DNA of 64,000 bases from the human T2T-CHM13v2.0 reference genome, Homo sapiens: assembly GCF_009914755.1 (NCBI RefSeq), contig NC_060940.1. One strand, given 5' to 3'. Position 1 is the stretch's first letter. The number at the start of each line of letters is the position of its first letter. Position numbers and translations under genes: made by a program. Below the pieces are notes generated by a model. The model saw nothing but the letters and a program-made list of their open reading frames with translations, was not told where the DNA came from and made no database searches. This document shows, in pieces, positions 38,301 to 50,746 of the stretch.

Positions 38301-41300
38301 TTATGCTAGACAGAAGATTTCTCAGTAACTTCTTTGTGTTGTGTGTATGCAACTCACAGAGTTCAACCTTCCTTTAGAGAGAGCATATTTGAAACACTCT
38401 TTTTGTGGAATTTGCAAGTGGAGATTTCAAGCGCTTCGATGCCAATGGTAGAAAAGGAAATATCTTCGTATAAAAACAAGACAAACTCGTTCCCAGACAC
38501 TGCGTAGTGATGTGTGTGTTTAACTCACAGAGTTTCACCTTTCTTTTCATACAGCATTCTGGAAACCCTGTGTTTGTAAAGTCTGCAAGTGGATATTTGG
38601 ACCTCTTAGATGCCTTCGTTGGAAACGGGATTTCTTCATATAATGCTAGAGGGAAGAATTCTTAGTAACTTCTTTGTGTTGTGTGTATTCAACTGACAGA
38701 GTTGAACCTTCCTTTAGACAGAGCAGATTTGAAAGTCTCTTTTTGTGGAATTTGAAAGTGGAGATTTCAAGCGCTTTGAGGCCAAAAGCAGAAAAGGAAA
38801 TATTTTCCTATAAAAACTCGACAGAATCATTCTCAGAAACTGCTCTGTGATGTGTGCGTTCAACTCACAGAGTTTAACTTTTCTTTTCATTCAGCAGTTT
38901 GGAAACACTGTTTGGAAAGTCTGCACGTGGATATTTTGACCTCTTTGAGGCCTTCGTTGGAAACGGGTTTTTTTCATGTAAGGCTAGACAGAAGAAATCT
39001 CAGTAACTTCCTTGTGTTGTGTGTATTCAACTGACAGAGTTGAACCTTCCTTTAGACAGAGCAGATTCGAAACTCTCTTTTTCTGCAATTTGCAAGTGGA
39101 GACTTCAAGCGCTTTGAGGCCAAAGGCAGAAAAGGAAATATCTTCGTATAAAAACCCGACAGAATCATTCTCAGAAACTGCTCTGTGATGTGTGCGTTCA
39201 ACTCACAGAGTTTAACTTTTCTTTTCATTCAGCAGTTTGGAAACACTCTGTTTGTAAAGTCTGCAAGTGGATATCTTGGCCTCTTAGAGGCCTTCGTTGG
39301 AAACGGGTTTTTTCATGTAAGGATAGACAGAGGAATTCCCAGTAACTTCCTTGTGTTGTGTGCATTCAACTCACAGAGTTGAATGATTCTTTACACAGAG
39401 CAGATTTGAGACACTCTTTTGGTGGAATTTGTAAGTGGAGAATTCAGCCGCTTTGAGGTCAACGGTAGAAAAGGAAATATCTTCGTATAAAAACTAGACA
39501 GAATGATTCTCAGAAACTGTTTTGTGATGTGTGCGTTCAACTCACAGAGTTTAACCTTTCTTTTCAAAGAGCAGTTAGGAAACACTCTGTTTGTAAAGTC
39601 TGCAAGTGGATATTCAGACCTCTTTGAGGCCTTCGTTGGAAACGGGATTTCTTCATATTATGCTAGACAGATGAATTCTCAGTAACTTCCTTGTGTTGTG
39701 TGTATTCAACTCACAGAGTTGAACGATCCTTTACACAGAGCAGATTTGAAACACTGTTTTTCTGGAATTTGCAAGTGGAGATTTCAGCCGCTTTGAGGTC
39801 AACGGTAGAAAAGGAAATATCTTCGTATAAAAACTAGACAGAATGATTCTCAGAAACTCCTTTGTGATGTGTGCGTTCAACTCACAGAGTTTAACCTTTC
39901 TTTTCACAGAGCAGTTAGGAAACACTCTGTTTGTGAAGCCTGCCAGTGGATATTCGGACCTCTTTGAGGCCTTCGTTGGAAACGGGATTTCTTCATATTA
40001 TGCTAGACAGAAGATTTCTCAGTAACTTCTTTGTGTTGTGTGTATGCAACTCACAGAGTTCAACCTTCCTTTAGACAGAGCAGATTTGAAACACTCTTTT
40101 TGTGGAATTTGCAAGTGGAGATTTCAAACGCTTCGATGCCAATGGTAGAAAAGGAAATATCTTCGTATAAAAACAAGACAAACTCGTTCCCAGACACTGC
40201 GTAGTGATGTGTGTGTTTAACTCACAGAGTTTAACCTTTCTTTTCATACAGCATTCTGGAAACCCTGTGTTTGTAAAGTCTGCAAGTGGATATTTGGACC
40301 TCTTAGATGCCTTCGTTGGAAACGGGATTTCTTCATATAATGCCAGAGGGAAGAATTCTTAGTAACTTCTTTGTGTTGTGTGTATTCAACTGACAGAGTT
40401 GAACCTTCCTTTAGACAGATCAGATTTGAAAGTCTCTTTTTGTGGAATTTGCAAGTGGAGATTTCAAGCGCTTTGAGGCCAAAAGCAGAAAAGGAAATAT
40501 TTTCCTATAAAAACTCGACAGAATCTTTCTCAGAAACTGCTCTGGGATGTGTGCGTTCAACTCACAGAGTTTAACTTTTCTTTTCATTCAGCAGTTTGGA
40601 AACACTCTGTTTGGAAAGTCTGCACGTGGATATTTTGACCTCTTTGAGGCCTTCGTTGGAAACGGGTTTTTTTCATGTAAGGCTAGACAGAAGAAATCTC
40701 AGTAACTTCCTTGTGTTGTGTGTATTCAACTGACAGAGTTGAACCTTCCTTTAGACAGAGCAGATTCGAAACACTCTTTTTCTGCAATTTGCAAGTGGAG
40801 ACTTCAAGCGCTTTGAGGCCAAAGGCAGAAAAGGAAATATCTTCGTATAAAAACCCGACAGAATCATTCTCAGAAACTGCTCTGTGATGTGTGCGTTCAA
40901 CTCACAGAGTTTAACTTTTCTTTTCATTCAGCAGTTTGGAAACACTCTGTTTGTAAAGTCTGCAAGTGGATATCTTGGCCTCTTAGAGGCCTTCGTTGGA
41001 AACGGGTTTTTTCATGTAAGGATAGACAGAGGAATTCCCAGTAACTTCCTTGTGTTGTGTGCATTCAACTCACAGAGTTGAATGATTCTTTACACAGAGC
41101 AGATTTGAGACACTCTTTTGGTGGAATTTGTAAGTGGAGAATTCAGCCGCTTTGAGGTCAACGGTAGAAAAGGAAATATCTTCGTATAAAAACTAGACAG
41201 AATGATTCTCAGAAACTGTTTTGTGATGTGTGCGTTCAACTCACAGAGTTTAACCTTTCTTTTCAAAGAGCAGTTAGGAAACACTCTGTTTGTAAAGTCT

Positions 41301-44279
41301 GCAAGTGGATATTCAGACCTCTTTGAGGCCTTCGTTGGAAACGGGATTTCTTCATATTATGCTAGACAGATGAATTCTCAGTAACTTCCTTGTGTTGTGT
41401 GTATTCAACTCACAGAGTTGAACGATCCTTTACACAGAGCAGATTTGAAACACTGTTTTTCTGGAATTTGCAAGTGGAGATTTCAGCCGCTTTGAGGTCA
41501 ATGGTAGAAAAGGAAATATCTTCGTATAAAAACTAGACAGAATGATTCTCAGAAACTCCTTTGTGATGTGTGCGTTCAACTCACAGAGTTTAACCTTTCT
41601 TTTCACAGAGCAGTTAGGAAACACTCTGTTTGTGAAGCCTGCCAGTGGATAATCGGACCTCTTTGAGGCCTTCGTTGGAAACGGGATTTCTTCATATTAT
41701 GCTAGACAGAAGATTTCTCAGTAACTTCTTTGTGTTGTGTGTATGCAACTCACAGAGTTCAACCTTCCTTTAGAGAGAGCATATTTGAAACACTCTTTTT
41801 GTGGAATTTGCAAGTGGAGATTTCAAGCGCTTCGATGCCAATGGTAGAAAAGGAAATATCTTCGTATAAAAACAAGACAAACTCGTTCCCAGACACTGCG
41901 TAGTGATGTGTGTGTTTAACTCACAGAGTTTAACCTTTCTTTTCATACAGCATTCTGGAAACCCTGTGTTTGTAAAGTCTGCAAGTGGATATTTGGACCT
42001 CTTAGATGCCTTCGTTGGAAACGGGATTTCTTCATATAATGCTAGAGGGAAGAATTCTTAGTAACTTCTTTGTGTTGTGTGTATTCAACTGACAGAGTTG
42101 AACCTTCCTTTAGACAGAGCAGATTTGAAAGTCTCTTTTTGTGGAATTTGCAAGTGGAGATTTCAAGCGCTTTGAGGCCAAAAGCAGAAAAGGAAATATT
42201 TTCCTATAAAAACTCGACAGAATCATTCTCAGAAACTGCTCTGTGATGTGTGCGTTCAACTCACAGAGTTTAACTTTTCTTTTCATTCAGCAGTTTGGAA
42301 ACACTGTTTGGAAAGTCTGCACGTGGATATTTTGACCTCTTTGAGGCCTTCGTTGGAAACGGGTTTTTTTCATGTAAGGCTAGACAGAAGAAATCTCAGT
42401 AACTTCCTTGTGTTGTGTGTATTCAACTGACAGAGTTGAACCTTCCTTTAGACAGAGCAGATTCGAAACACTCTTTTTCTGCAATTTGCAAGTGGAGACT
42501 TCAAGCGCTTTGAGGCCAAAGGCAGAAAAGGAAATATCTTCGTATAAAAACCCGACAGAATCATTCTCAGAAACTGCTGTTTGATGTGTGCGTTCAACTC
42601 ACAGAGTTTAACTTTTCTTTTCATTCAGCAGTTTGGAAACACTCTGTTTGTAAAGTCTGCAAGTGGATATCTTGGCCTCTTAGAGGCCTTCGTTGGAAAC
42701 GGGTTTTTTCATGTAAGGATAGACAGAGGAATTCCCAGTAACTTCCTTGTGTTGTGTGCATTCAACTCACAGAGTTGAATGATTCTTTACACAGAGCAGA
42801 TTTGAGACACTCTTTTGGTGGAATTTGTAAGTGGAGAATTCAGCCGCTTTGAGGTCAACGGTAGAAAAGGAAATATCTTCGTATAAAAACTAGACAGAAT
42901 GATTCTCAGAAACTGTTTTGTGATGTGTGCGTTCAACTCACACAGTTTAACCTTTCTTTTCAGAGAGCAGTTAGGAAACACTCTGTTTGTAAAGTCTGCA
43001 AGTGGATATTCAGACCTCTTTGAGGCCTTCGTTGGAAACGGGATTTCTTCATATTATGCTAGACAGATGAATTCTCAGTAACTTCCTTGTGTTGTGTGTA
43101 TTCAACTCACAGAGTTGAACGATCCTTTACACAGAGCAGATTTGAAACACTGTTTTTCTGGAATTTGCAAGTGGAGATTTCAGCCGCTTTGAGGTCAATG
43201 GTAGAAAAGGAAATATCTTCGTATAAAAACTAGACAGAATGATTCTCAGAAACTCCTTTGTGATGTGTGCGTTCAACTCACAGAGTTTAACCTTTCTTTT
43301 CACAGAGCAGTTAGGAAACACTCTGTTTGTGAAGCCTGCCAGTGGATATTCGGACCTCTTTGAGGCCTTCGTTGGAAACGGGATTTCTTCATATTATGCT
43401 AGACAGAAGATTTCTCAGTAACTTCTTTGTGTTGTGTGTATGCAACTCACAGAGTTCAACCTTCCTTTAGACAGAGCAGATTTGAAACACTCTTTTTGTG
43501 GAATTTGCAAGTGGAGATTTCAAGCGCTTCGATGCCAATGGTAGAAAAGGAAATATCTTCGTATAAAAACAAGACAAACTCGTTCCCAGACACTGCGTAG
43601 TGATGTGTGTGTTTAACTCACAGAGTTTCACCTTTCTTTTCATACAGCATTCTGGAAACCCTGTGTTTGTAAAGTCTGCAAGTGGATATTTGGACCTCTT
43701 AGATGCCTTCGTTGGAAACGGGATTTCTTCATATAATGCTAGAGGGAAGAATTCTTAGTAACTTCTTTGTGTTGTGTGTATTCAACTGACAGAGTTGAAC
43801 CTTCCTTTAGACAGAGCAGATTTGAAAGTCTCTTTCTGTGGAATTTGCAAGTGGAGATTTCAAGCGCTTTGAGGCCAAAAGCAGAAAAGGAAATATTTTC
43901 CTATAAAAACTCGACAGAATCTTTCTCAGAAACTGCTCTGGGATGTGTGCGTTCAACTCACAGAGTTTAACTTTTCTTTTCATTCAGCAGTTTGGAAACA
44001 CTCTGTTTGGAAAGTCTGCACGTGGATATTTTGACCTCTTTGAGGCCTTCGTTGGAAACGGGTTTTTTTCATGTAAGGCTAGACAGAAGAAATCTCAGTA
44101 ACTTCCTTGTGTTGTGTGTATTCAACTGACAGAGTTGAACCTTCCTTTAGACAGAGCAGATTCGAAACACTCTTTTTCTGCAATTTGCAAGTGGAGACTT
44201 CAAGCGCTTTGAGGCCAAAGGCAGAAAAGGAAATATCTTCGTATAAAAACCCGACAGAATCATTCTCAGAAACTGCTCT

Positions 44280-45638
44280 GTGATGTGTGCGTTCAACTCA
44301 CAGAGTTTAACTTTTCTTTTCATTCAGCAGTTTGGAAACACTCTGTTTGTAAAGTCTGCAAGTGGATATCTTGGCCTCTTAGAGGCCTTCGTTGGAAACG
44401 GGTTTTTTCATGTAAGGTTAGACAGAGGAATTCCCAGTAACTTCCTTGTGTTGTGTGCATTCAACTCACAGAGTTGAATGATTCTTTAAACAGAGCAGAT
44501 TTGAGACACTCTTTTGGTGGAATTTGTAAGTGGAGAATTCAGCCGCTTTGAGGTCAACGGTAGAAAAGGAAATATCTTTGTATAAAAACTAGACAGAATG
44601 ATTCTCAGAAACTCCTTTGTGATGTGTGCGTTCAACTCACAGAGTTTAACCTTTCTTTTCACAGAGCAGTTAGGAAACACTCTGTTTGTGAAGCCTGCCA
44701 GTGGATATTCGGACCTCTTTGAGGCCTTCGTTGGAAACGGGATTTGTTCATATTATGCTAGACAGAAGATTTCTCAGTAACTTCTTTGTGTTGTGTGTAT
44801 GCAACTCACAGAGTTCAACCTTCCTTTAGACAGAGCAGATTTGAAACACTCTTTTTGTGGAATTTGCAAGTGGAGATTTCAAGCGCTTCGATGCCAATGG
44901 TAGAAAAGGAAATATCTTCGTATAAAAACAAGACAAACTCGTTCCCAGACACTGCGTAGTGATGTGTGTGTTTAACTCACAGAGTTTCACCTTTCTTTTC
45001 ATACAGCATTCTGGAAACCCTGTGTTTGTAAAGTCTGCAAGTGGATATTTGGACCTCTTAGATGCCTACGTTGGAAACGGGATTTCTTCATATAATGCTA
45101 GAGGGAAGAATTCTTAGTAACTTCTTTGTGTTGTGTGTATTCAACTGACAGAGTTGAACCTTCCTTTAGACAGAGCAGATTTGAAAGTCTCTTTTTGTGG
45201 AATTTGCAAGTGGAGATTTCAAGCGCTTTGAGGCCAAAAGCAGAAAAGGAAATATTTTCCTATAAAAACTTGACAGAATCTTTCTCAGAAACTGCTCTGG
45301 GATGTGTGCGTTCAACTCACAGAGTTTAACTTTTCTTTTCATTCAGCAGTTTGGAAACACTCTGTTTGGAAAGTCTGCACGTGGATATTTTGACCTCTTT
45401 GAGGCCTTCGTTGGAAACGGGTTTTTTTCATGTAAGGCTAGACAGAAGAAATCTCAGTAACTTCCTTGTGTTGTGTGTATTCAACTGACAGAGTTGAACC
45501 TTCCTTTAGACAGAGCAGATTCGAAACACTCTTTTTCTGCAATTTGCAAGTGGAGACTTCAAGCGCTTTGAGGCCAAAGGCAGAAAAGGAAATATCTTCG
45601 TATAAAAACCCGACAGAATCATTCTCAGAAACTGCTCT
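44280..45638. repeat. 8-mer structural-variant HOR, copy 3
   Basis: Anchor spacing 44280 to 45639 is 1,359; junction at 44559-44613. Confidence 0.95.
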
Positions 45639-48600
45639 GTGATGTGTGCGTTCAACTCACAGAGTTTAACTTTTCTTTTCATTCAGCAGTTTGGAAACAC
45701 TCTGTTTGTAAAGTCTGCAAGTGGATATCTTGGCCTCTTAGAGGCCTTCGTTGGAAACGGGTTTTTTCATGTAAGGTTAGACAGAGGAATTCCCAGTAAC
45801 TTCCTTGTGTTGTGTGCATTCAACTCACAGAGTTGAATGATTCTTTACACAGAGCAGATTTGAGACACTCTTTTGGTGGAATTTGTAAGTGGAGAATTCA
45901 GCCGCTTTGAGGTCAACGGTAGAAAAGGAAATATCTTCGTATAAAAACTAGACAGAATGATTCTCAGAAACTGTTTTGTGATGAGTGCGTTCAACTCACA
46001 GAGTTTAACCTTTCTTTTCAAAGAGCAGTTAGGAAACACTCTGTTTGTAAAGTCTGCAAGTGGATATTCAGACCTCTTTGAGGCCTTCGTTGGAAACGGG
46101 ATTTCTTCATATTATGCTAGACAGATGAATTCTCAGTAACTTCCTTGTGTTGTGTGTATTCAACTCACAGAGTTGAACGATCCTTTACACAGAGCAGATT
46201 TGAAACACTGTTTTTCTGGAATTTGCAAGTGGAGATTTCAGCCGCTTTGAGGTCAACGGTAGAAAAGGAAATATCTTCGTATAAAAACTAGACAGAATGA
46301 TTCTCAGAAACTCCTTTGTGATGTGTGCGTTCAACTCACAGAGTTTAACCTTTCTTTTCACAGAGCAGTTAGGAAACACTCTGTTTGTGAAGCCTGCCAG
46401 TGGATATTCGGACCTCTTTGAGGCCTTCGTTGGAAACGGGATTTCTTCATATTATGCTAGACAGAAGATTTCTCAGTAACTTCTTTGTGTTGTGTGTATG
46501 CAACTCACAGAGTTCAACCTTCCTTTAGACAGAGCAGATTTGAAACACTCTTTTTGTGGAATTTGCAAGTGGAGATTTCAAGCGCTTCGATGCCAATGGT
46601 AGAAAAGGAAATATCTTCGTATAAAAACAAGACAAACTCGTTCCCAGACACTGCGTAGTGATGTGTGTGTTTAACTCACAGAGTTTAACCTTTCTTTTCA
46701 TACAGCATTCTGGAAACCCTGTGTTTGTAAAGTCTGCAAGTGGATATTTGGACCTCTTAGATGCCTTCGTTGGAAACGGGATTTCTTCATATAATGCTAG
46801 AGGGAAGAATTCTTAGTAACTTCTTTGTGTTGTGTTTATTCAACTGACAGAGTTGAACCTTCCTTTAGACAGAGCAGATTTGAAAGTCTCTTTTTGTGGA
46901 ATTTGCAAGTGGAGATTTCAAGCGCTTTGAGGCCAAAAGCAGAAAAGGAAATATTTTCCTATAAAAACTCGACAGAATCTTTCTCAGAAACTGCTCTGGG
47001 ATGTGTGCGTTCAACTCACAGAGTTTAACTTTTCTTTTCATTCAGCAGTTTGGAAACACTCTGTTTGGAAAGTCTGCACGTGGATATTTTGACCTCTTTG
47101 AGGCCTTCGTTGGAAACGGGTTTTTTTCATGTAAGGCTAGACAGAAGAAATCTCAGTAACTTCCTTGTGTTGTGTGTATTCAACTGACAGAGTTGAACCT
47201 TCCTTTAGACAGAGCAGATTCGAAACACTCTTTTTCTGCAATTTGCAAGTGGAGACTTCAAGCGCTTTGAGGCCAAAGGCAGAAAAGGTAATATCTTCGT
47301 ATAAAAACCCGACAGAATCATTCTCAGAAACTGCTCTGTGATGTGTGCGTTCAACTCACAGAGTTTAACTTTTCTTTTCATTCAGCAGTTTGGAAACACT
47401 CTGTTTGTAAAGTCTGCAAGTGGATATCTTGGCCTCTTAGAGGCCTTCGTTGGAAACGGGTTTTTTCATGTAAGGATAGACAGAGGAATTCCCAGTAACT
47501 TCCTTGTGTTGTGTGCATTCAACTCACAGAGTTGAATGATTCTTTACACAGAGCAGATTTGAGACACTCTTTTGGTGGAATTTGTAAGTGGAGAATTCAG
47601 CCGCTTTGAGGTCAACGGTAGAAAAGGAAATATCTTCGTATAAAAACTAGACAGAATGATTCTCAGAAACTGTTTTGTGATGTGTGCGTTCAACTCACAG
47701 AGTTTAACCTTTCTTTTCAAAGAGCAGTTAGGAAACACTCTGTTTGTAAAGTCTGCAAGTGGATATTCAGACCTCTTTGAGGCCTTCGTTGGAAACGGGA
47801 TTTCTTCATATTATGCTAGACAGATGAATTCTCAGTAACTTCCTTGTGTTGTGTGTATTCAACTCACAGAGTTGAACGATCCTTTACACAGAGCAGATTT
47901 GAAACACTGTTTTTCTGGAATTTGCAAGTGGAGATTTCAGCCGCTTTGAGGTCAATGGTAGAAAAGGAAATATCTTCGTATAAAAACTAGACAGAATGAT
48001 TCTCAGAAACTCCTTTGTGATGTGTGCGTTCAACTCACAGAGTTTAACCTTTCTTTTCACAGAGCAGTTAGGAAACACTCTGTTTGTGAAGCCTGCCAGT
48101 GGATATTCGGACCTCTTTGAGGCCTTCGTTGGAAACGGGATTTCTTCATATTATGCTAGACAGAAGATTTCTCAGTAACTTCTTTGTGTTGTGTGTATGC
48201 AACTCACAGAGTTCAACCTTCCTTTAGACAGAGCAGATTTGAAACACTCTTTTTGTGGAATTTGCAAGTGGAGATTTCAAGCGCTTCGATGCCAATGGTA
48301 GAAAAGGAAATATCTTCGTATAAAAACAAGACAAACTCGTTCCCAGACACTGCGTAGTGATGTGTGTGTTTAACTCACAGAGTTTAACCTTTCTTTTCAT
48401 ACAGCATTCTGGAAACCCTGTGTTTGTAAAGTCTGCAAGTGGATATTTGGACCTCTTAGATGCCTTCGTTGGAAACGGGATTTCTTCATATAATGCTAGA
48501 GGGAAGAATTCTTAGTAACTTCTTTGTGTTGTGTGTATTCAACTGACAGAGTTGAACCTTCCTTTAGACAGAGCAGATTTGAAAGTCTCTTTTTGTGGAA

Positions 48601-49036
48601 TTTGCAAGTGGAGATTTCAAGCGCTTTGAGGCCAAAAGCAGAAAAGGAAATATTTTCCTATAAAAACTCGACAGAATCTTTCTCAGAAACTGCTCTGGGA
48701 CGTGTGCGTTCAACTCACAGAGTTTAACTTTTCTTTTCATTCAGCAGTTTGGAAACACTCTGTTTGGAAAGTCTGCACGTGGATATTTTGACCTCTTTGA
48801 GGCCTTTGTTGGAAACGGGTTTTTTTCATGTAAGGCTAGACAGAAGATATCTCAGTAACTTCCTTGTGTTGTGTGTATTCAACTGACAGAGTTGACCCTT
48901 CCTTTAGACAGAGCAGATTCGAAACACTCTTTTTCTGCAATTTGCAAGTGGAGACTTCAAGCGCTTTGAGGCCAAAGGCAGAAAAGGAAATATCTTCGTA
49001 TAAAAACCCGACAGAATCATTCTCAGAAACTGCTCT

Positions 49037-50395
49037 GTGATGTGTGCGTTCAACTCACAGAGTTTAACTTTTCTATTCATTCAGCAGTTTGGAAACACTC
49101 TGTTTGTAAAGTCTGCAAGTGGATATCTTGGCCTCTTAGAGGCCTTCGTTGGAAACGGGTTTTTTCATGTAAGGTTAGACAGAGGAATTCCCAGTAACTT
49201 CCTTGTGTTGTGTGCATTCAACTCACAGAGTTGAATGATTCTTTACACAGAGCAGATTTGAGACACTCTTTTGGTGGAATTTGTAAGTGGAGAATTCAGC
49301 CGCTTTGAGGTCAACGGTAGAAAAGGAAATATCTTCGTATAAAAACTAGACAGAATGATTCTCAGAAACTCCTTTGTGATGTGTGCGTTCAACTCACAGA
49401 GTTTAACCTTTCTTTTCACAGAGCAGTTAGGAAACACTCTGTTTGTGAAGCCTGCCAGTGGATATTCGGACCTCTTTGAGGCCTTCGTTGGAAACGGGAT
49501 TTCTTCATATTATGCTAGACAGAAGATTTCTCAGTAACTTCTTTGTGTTGTGTGTATGCAACTCACAGAGTTCAACCTTCCTTTAGAGAGAGCATATTTG
49601 AAACACTCTTTTTGTGGAATTTGCAAGTGGAGATTTCAAGCGCTTCGATGCCAATGGTAGAAAAGGAAATATCTTCGTATAAAAACAAGACAAACTCGTT
49701 CCCAGACACTGCGTAGTGATGTGTGTGTTTAACTCACAGAGTTTAACCTTTCTTTTCATACAGCATTCTGGAAACCCTGTGTTTGTAAAGTCTGCAAGTG
49801 GATATTTGGACCTCTTAGATTCCTTCGTTGGAAACGGGATTTCTTCATATAATGCTAGAGGGAAGAATTCTTAGTAACTTCTTTGTGTTGTGTGTATTCA
49901 ACTGACAGAGTTGAACCTTCCTTTAGACAGAGCAGATTTGAAAGTCTCTTTTTGTGGAATTTGCAAGTGGAGATTTCAAGCGCTTTGAGGCCAAAAGCAG
50001 AAAAGGAAATATTTTCCTATAAAAACTCGACAGAATCTTTCTCAGAAACTGCTCTGGGATGTGTGCGTTCAACTCACAGAGTTTAACTTTTCTTTTCATT
50101 CAGCAGTTTGGAAACACTCTGTTTGGAAAGTCTGCACGTGGATATTTTGACCTCTTTGAGGCCTTCGTTGGAAACGGGTTTTTTTCATGTAAGGCTAGAC
50201 AGAAGAAATCTCAGTAACTTCCTTGTGTTGTGTGTATTCAACTGACAGAGTTGAACCTTCCTTTAGACAGAGCAGATTCGAAACACTCTTTTTCTGCAAT
50301 TTGCAAGTGGAGACTTCAAGCGCTTTGAGGCCAAAGGCAGAAAAGGAAATATCTTCGTATAAAAACCCGACAGAATCATTCTCAGAAACTGCTCT
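49037..50395. repeat. 8-mer structural-variant HOR, copy 4
   Basis: Anchor spacing 49037 to 50396 is 1,359; junction at 49316-49370. Confidence 0.95.
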
Positions 50396-50746
50396 GTGAT
50401 GTGTGCGTTCAACTCACAGAGTTTAACTTTTCTTTTCATTCAGCAGTTTGGAAACACTCTGTTTGTAAAGTCTGCAAGTGGATATCTTGGCCTCTTAGAG
50501 GCCTTCGTTGGAAACGGGTTTTTTCATGTAAGGATAGACAGAGGAATTCCCAGTAACTTCCTTGTGTTGTGTGCATTCAACTCACAGAGTTGAATGATTC
50601 TTTACACAGAGCAGATTTGAGACACTCTTTTGGTGGAATTTGTAAGTGGAGAATTCAGCTGCTTTGAGGTCAACGGTAGAAAAGGAAATATCTTCGTATA
50701 AAAACTAGACAGAATGATTCTCAGAAACTGTTTTGTGATGTGTGCG

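Larger units (their letters stand above)
16222..40127. repeat. Tandem duplication of a 7-HOR block, period 11,551 bp (maximal boundaries)
   Basis: 5x1699 + 1359 + 1697 = 11,551. Shared variants at +11,551: CAGTGAGG (18173/29724), GGGACGTG (19145/30696), the 8-mer, AGTGTATATT (19905/31456), TTCGGATAA (21821/33372), CTAGGCAG (24551/36102), GATTCCTTCG (25362/36913), CAACGG in the second dimer (16701/28252/39803). Confidence 0.93.

Noticed and set aside
37488-44279. A 3,396-bp (2-HOR) recent tandem duplication suggested by consecutive 1697/1699 spacing
   Set aside because: The paired units differ at several markers (CAAAGAG versus CACACAG/CAGAGAG, CAACGG, CAAACGC). The pattern is better explained as the end of the 11,551-bp copy abutting the dispersed paralogous block.
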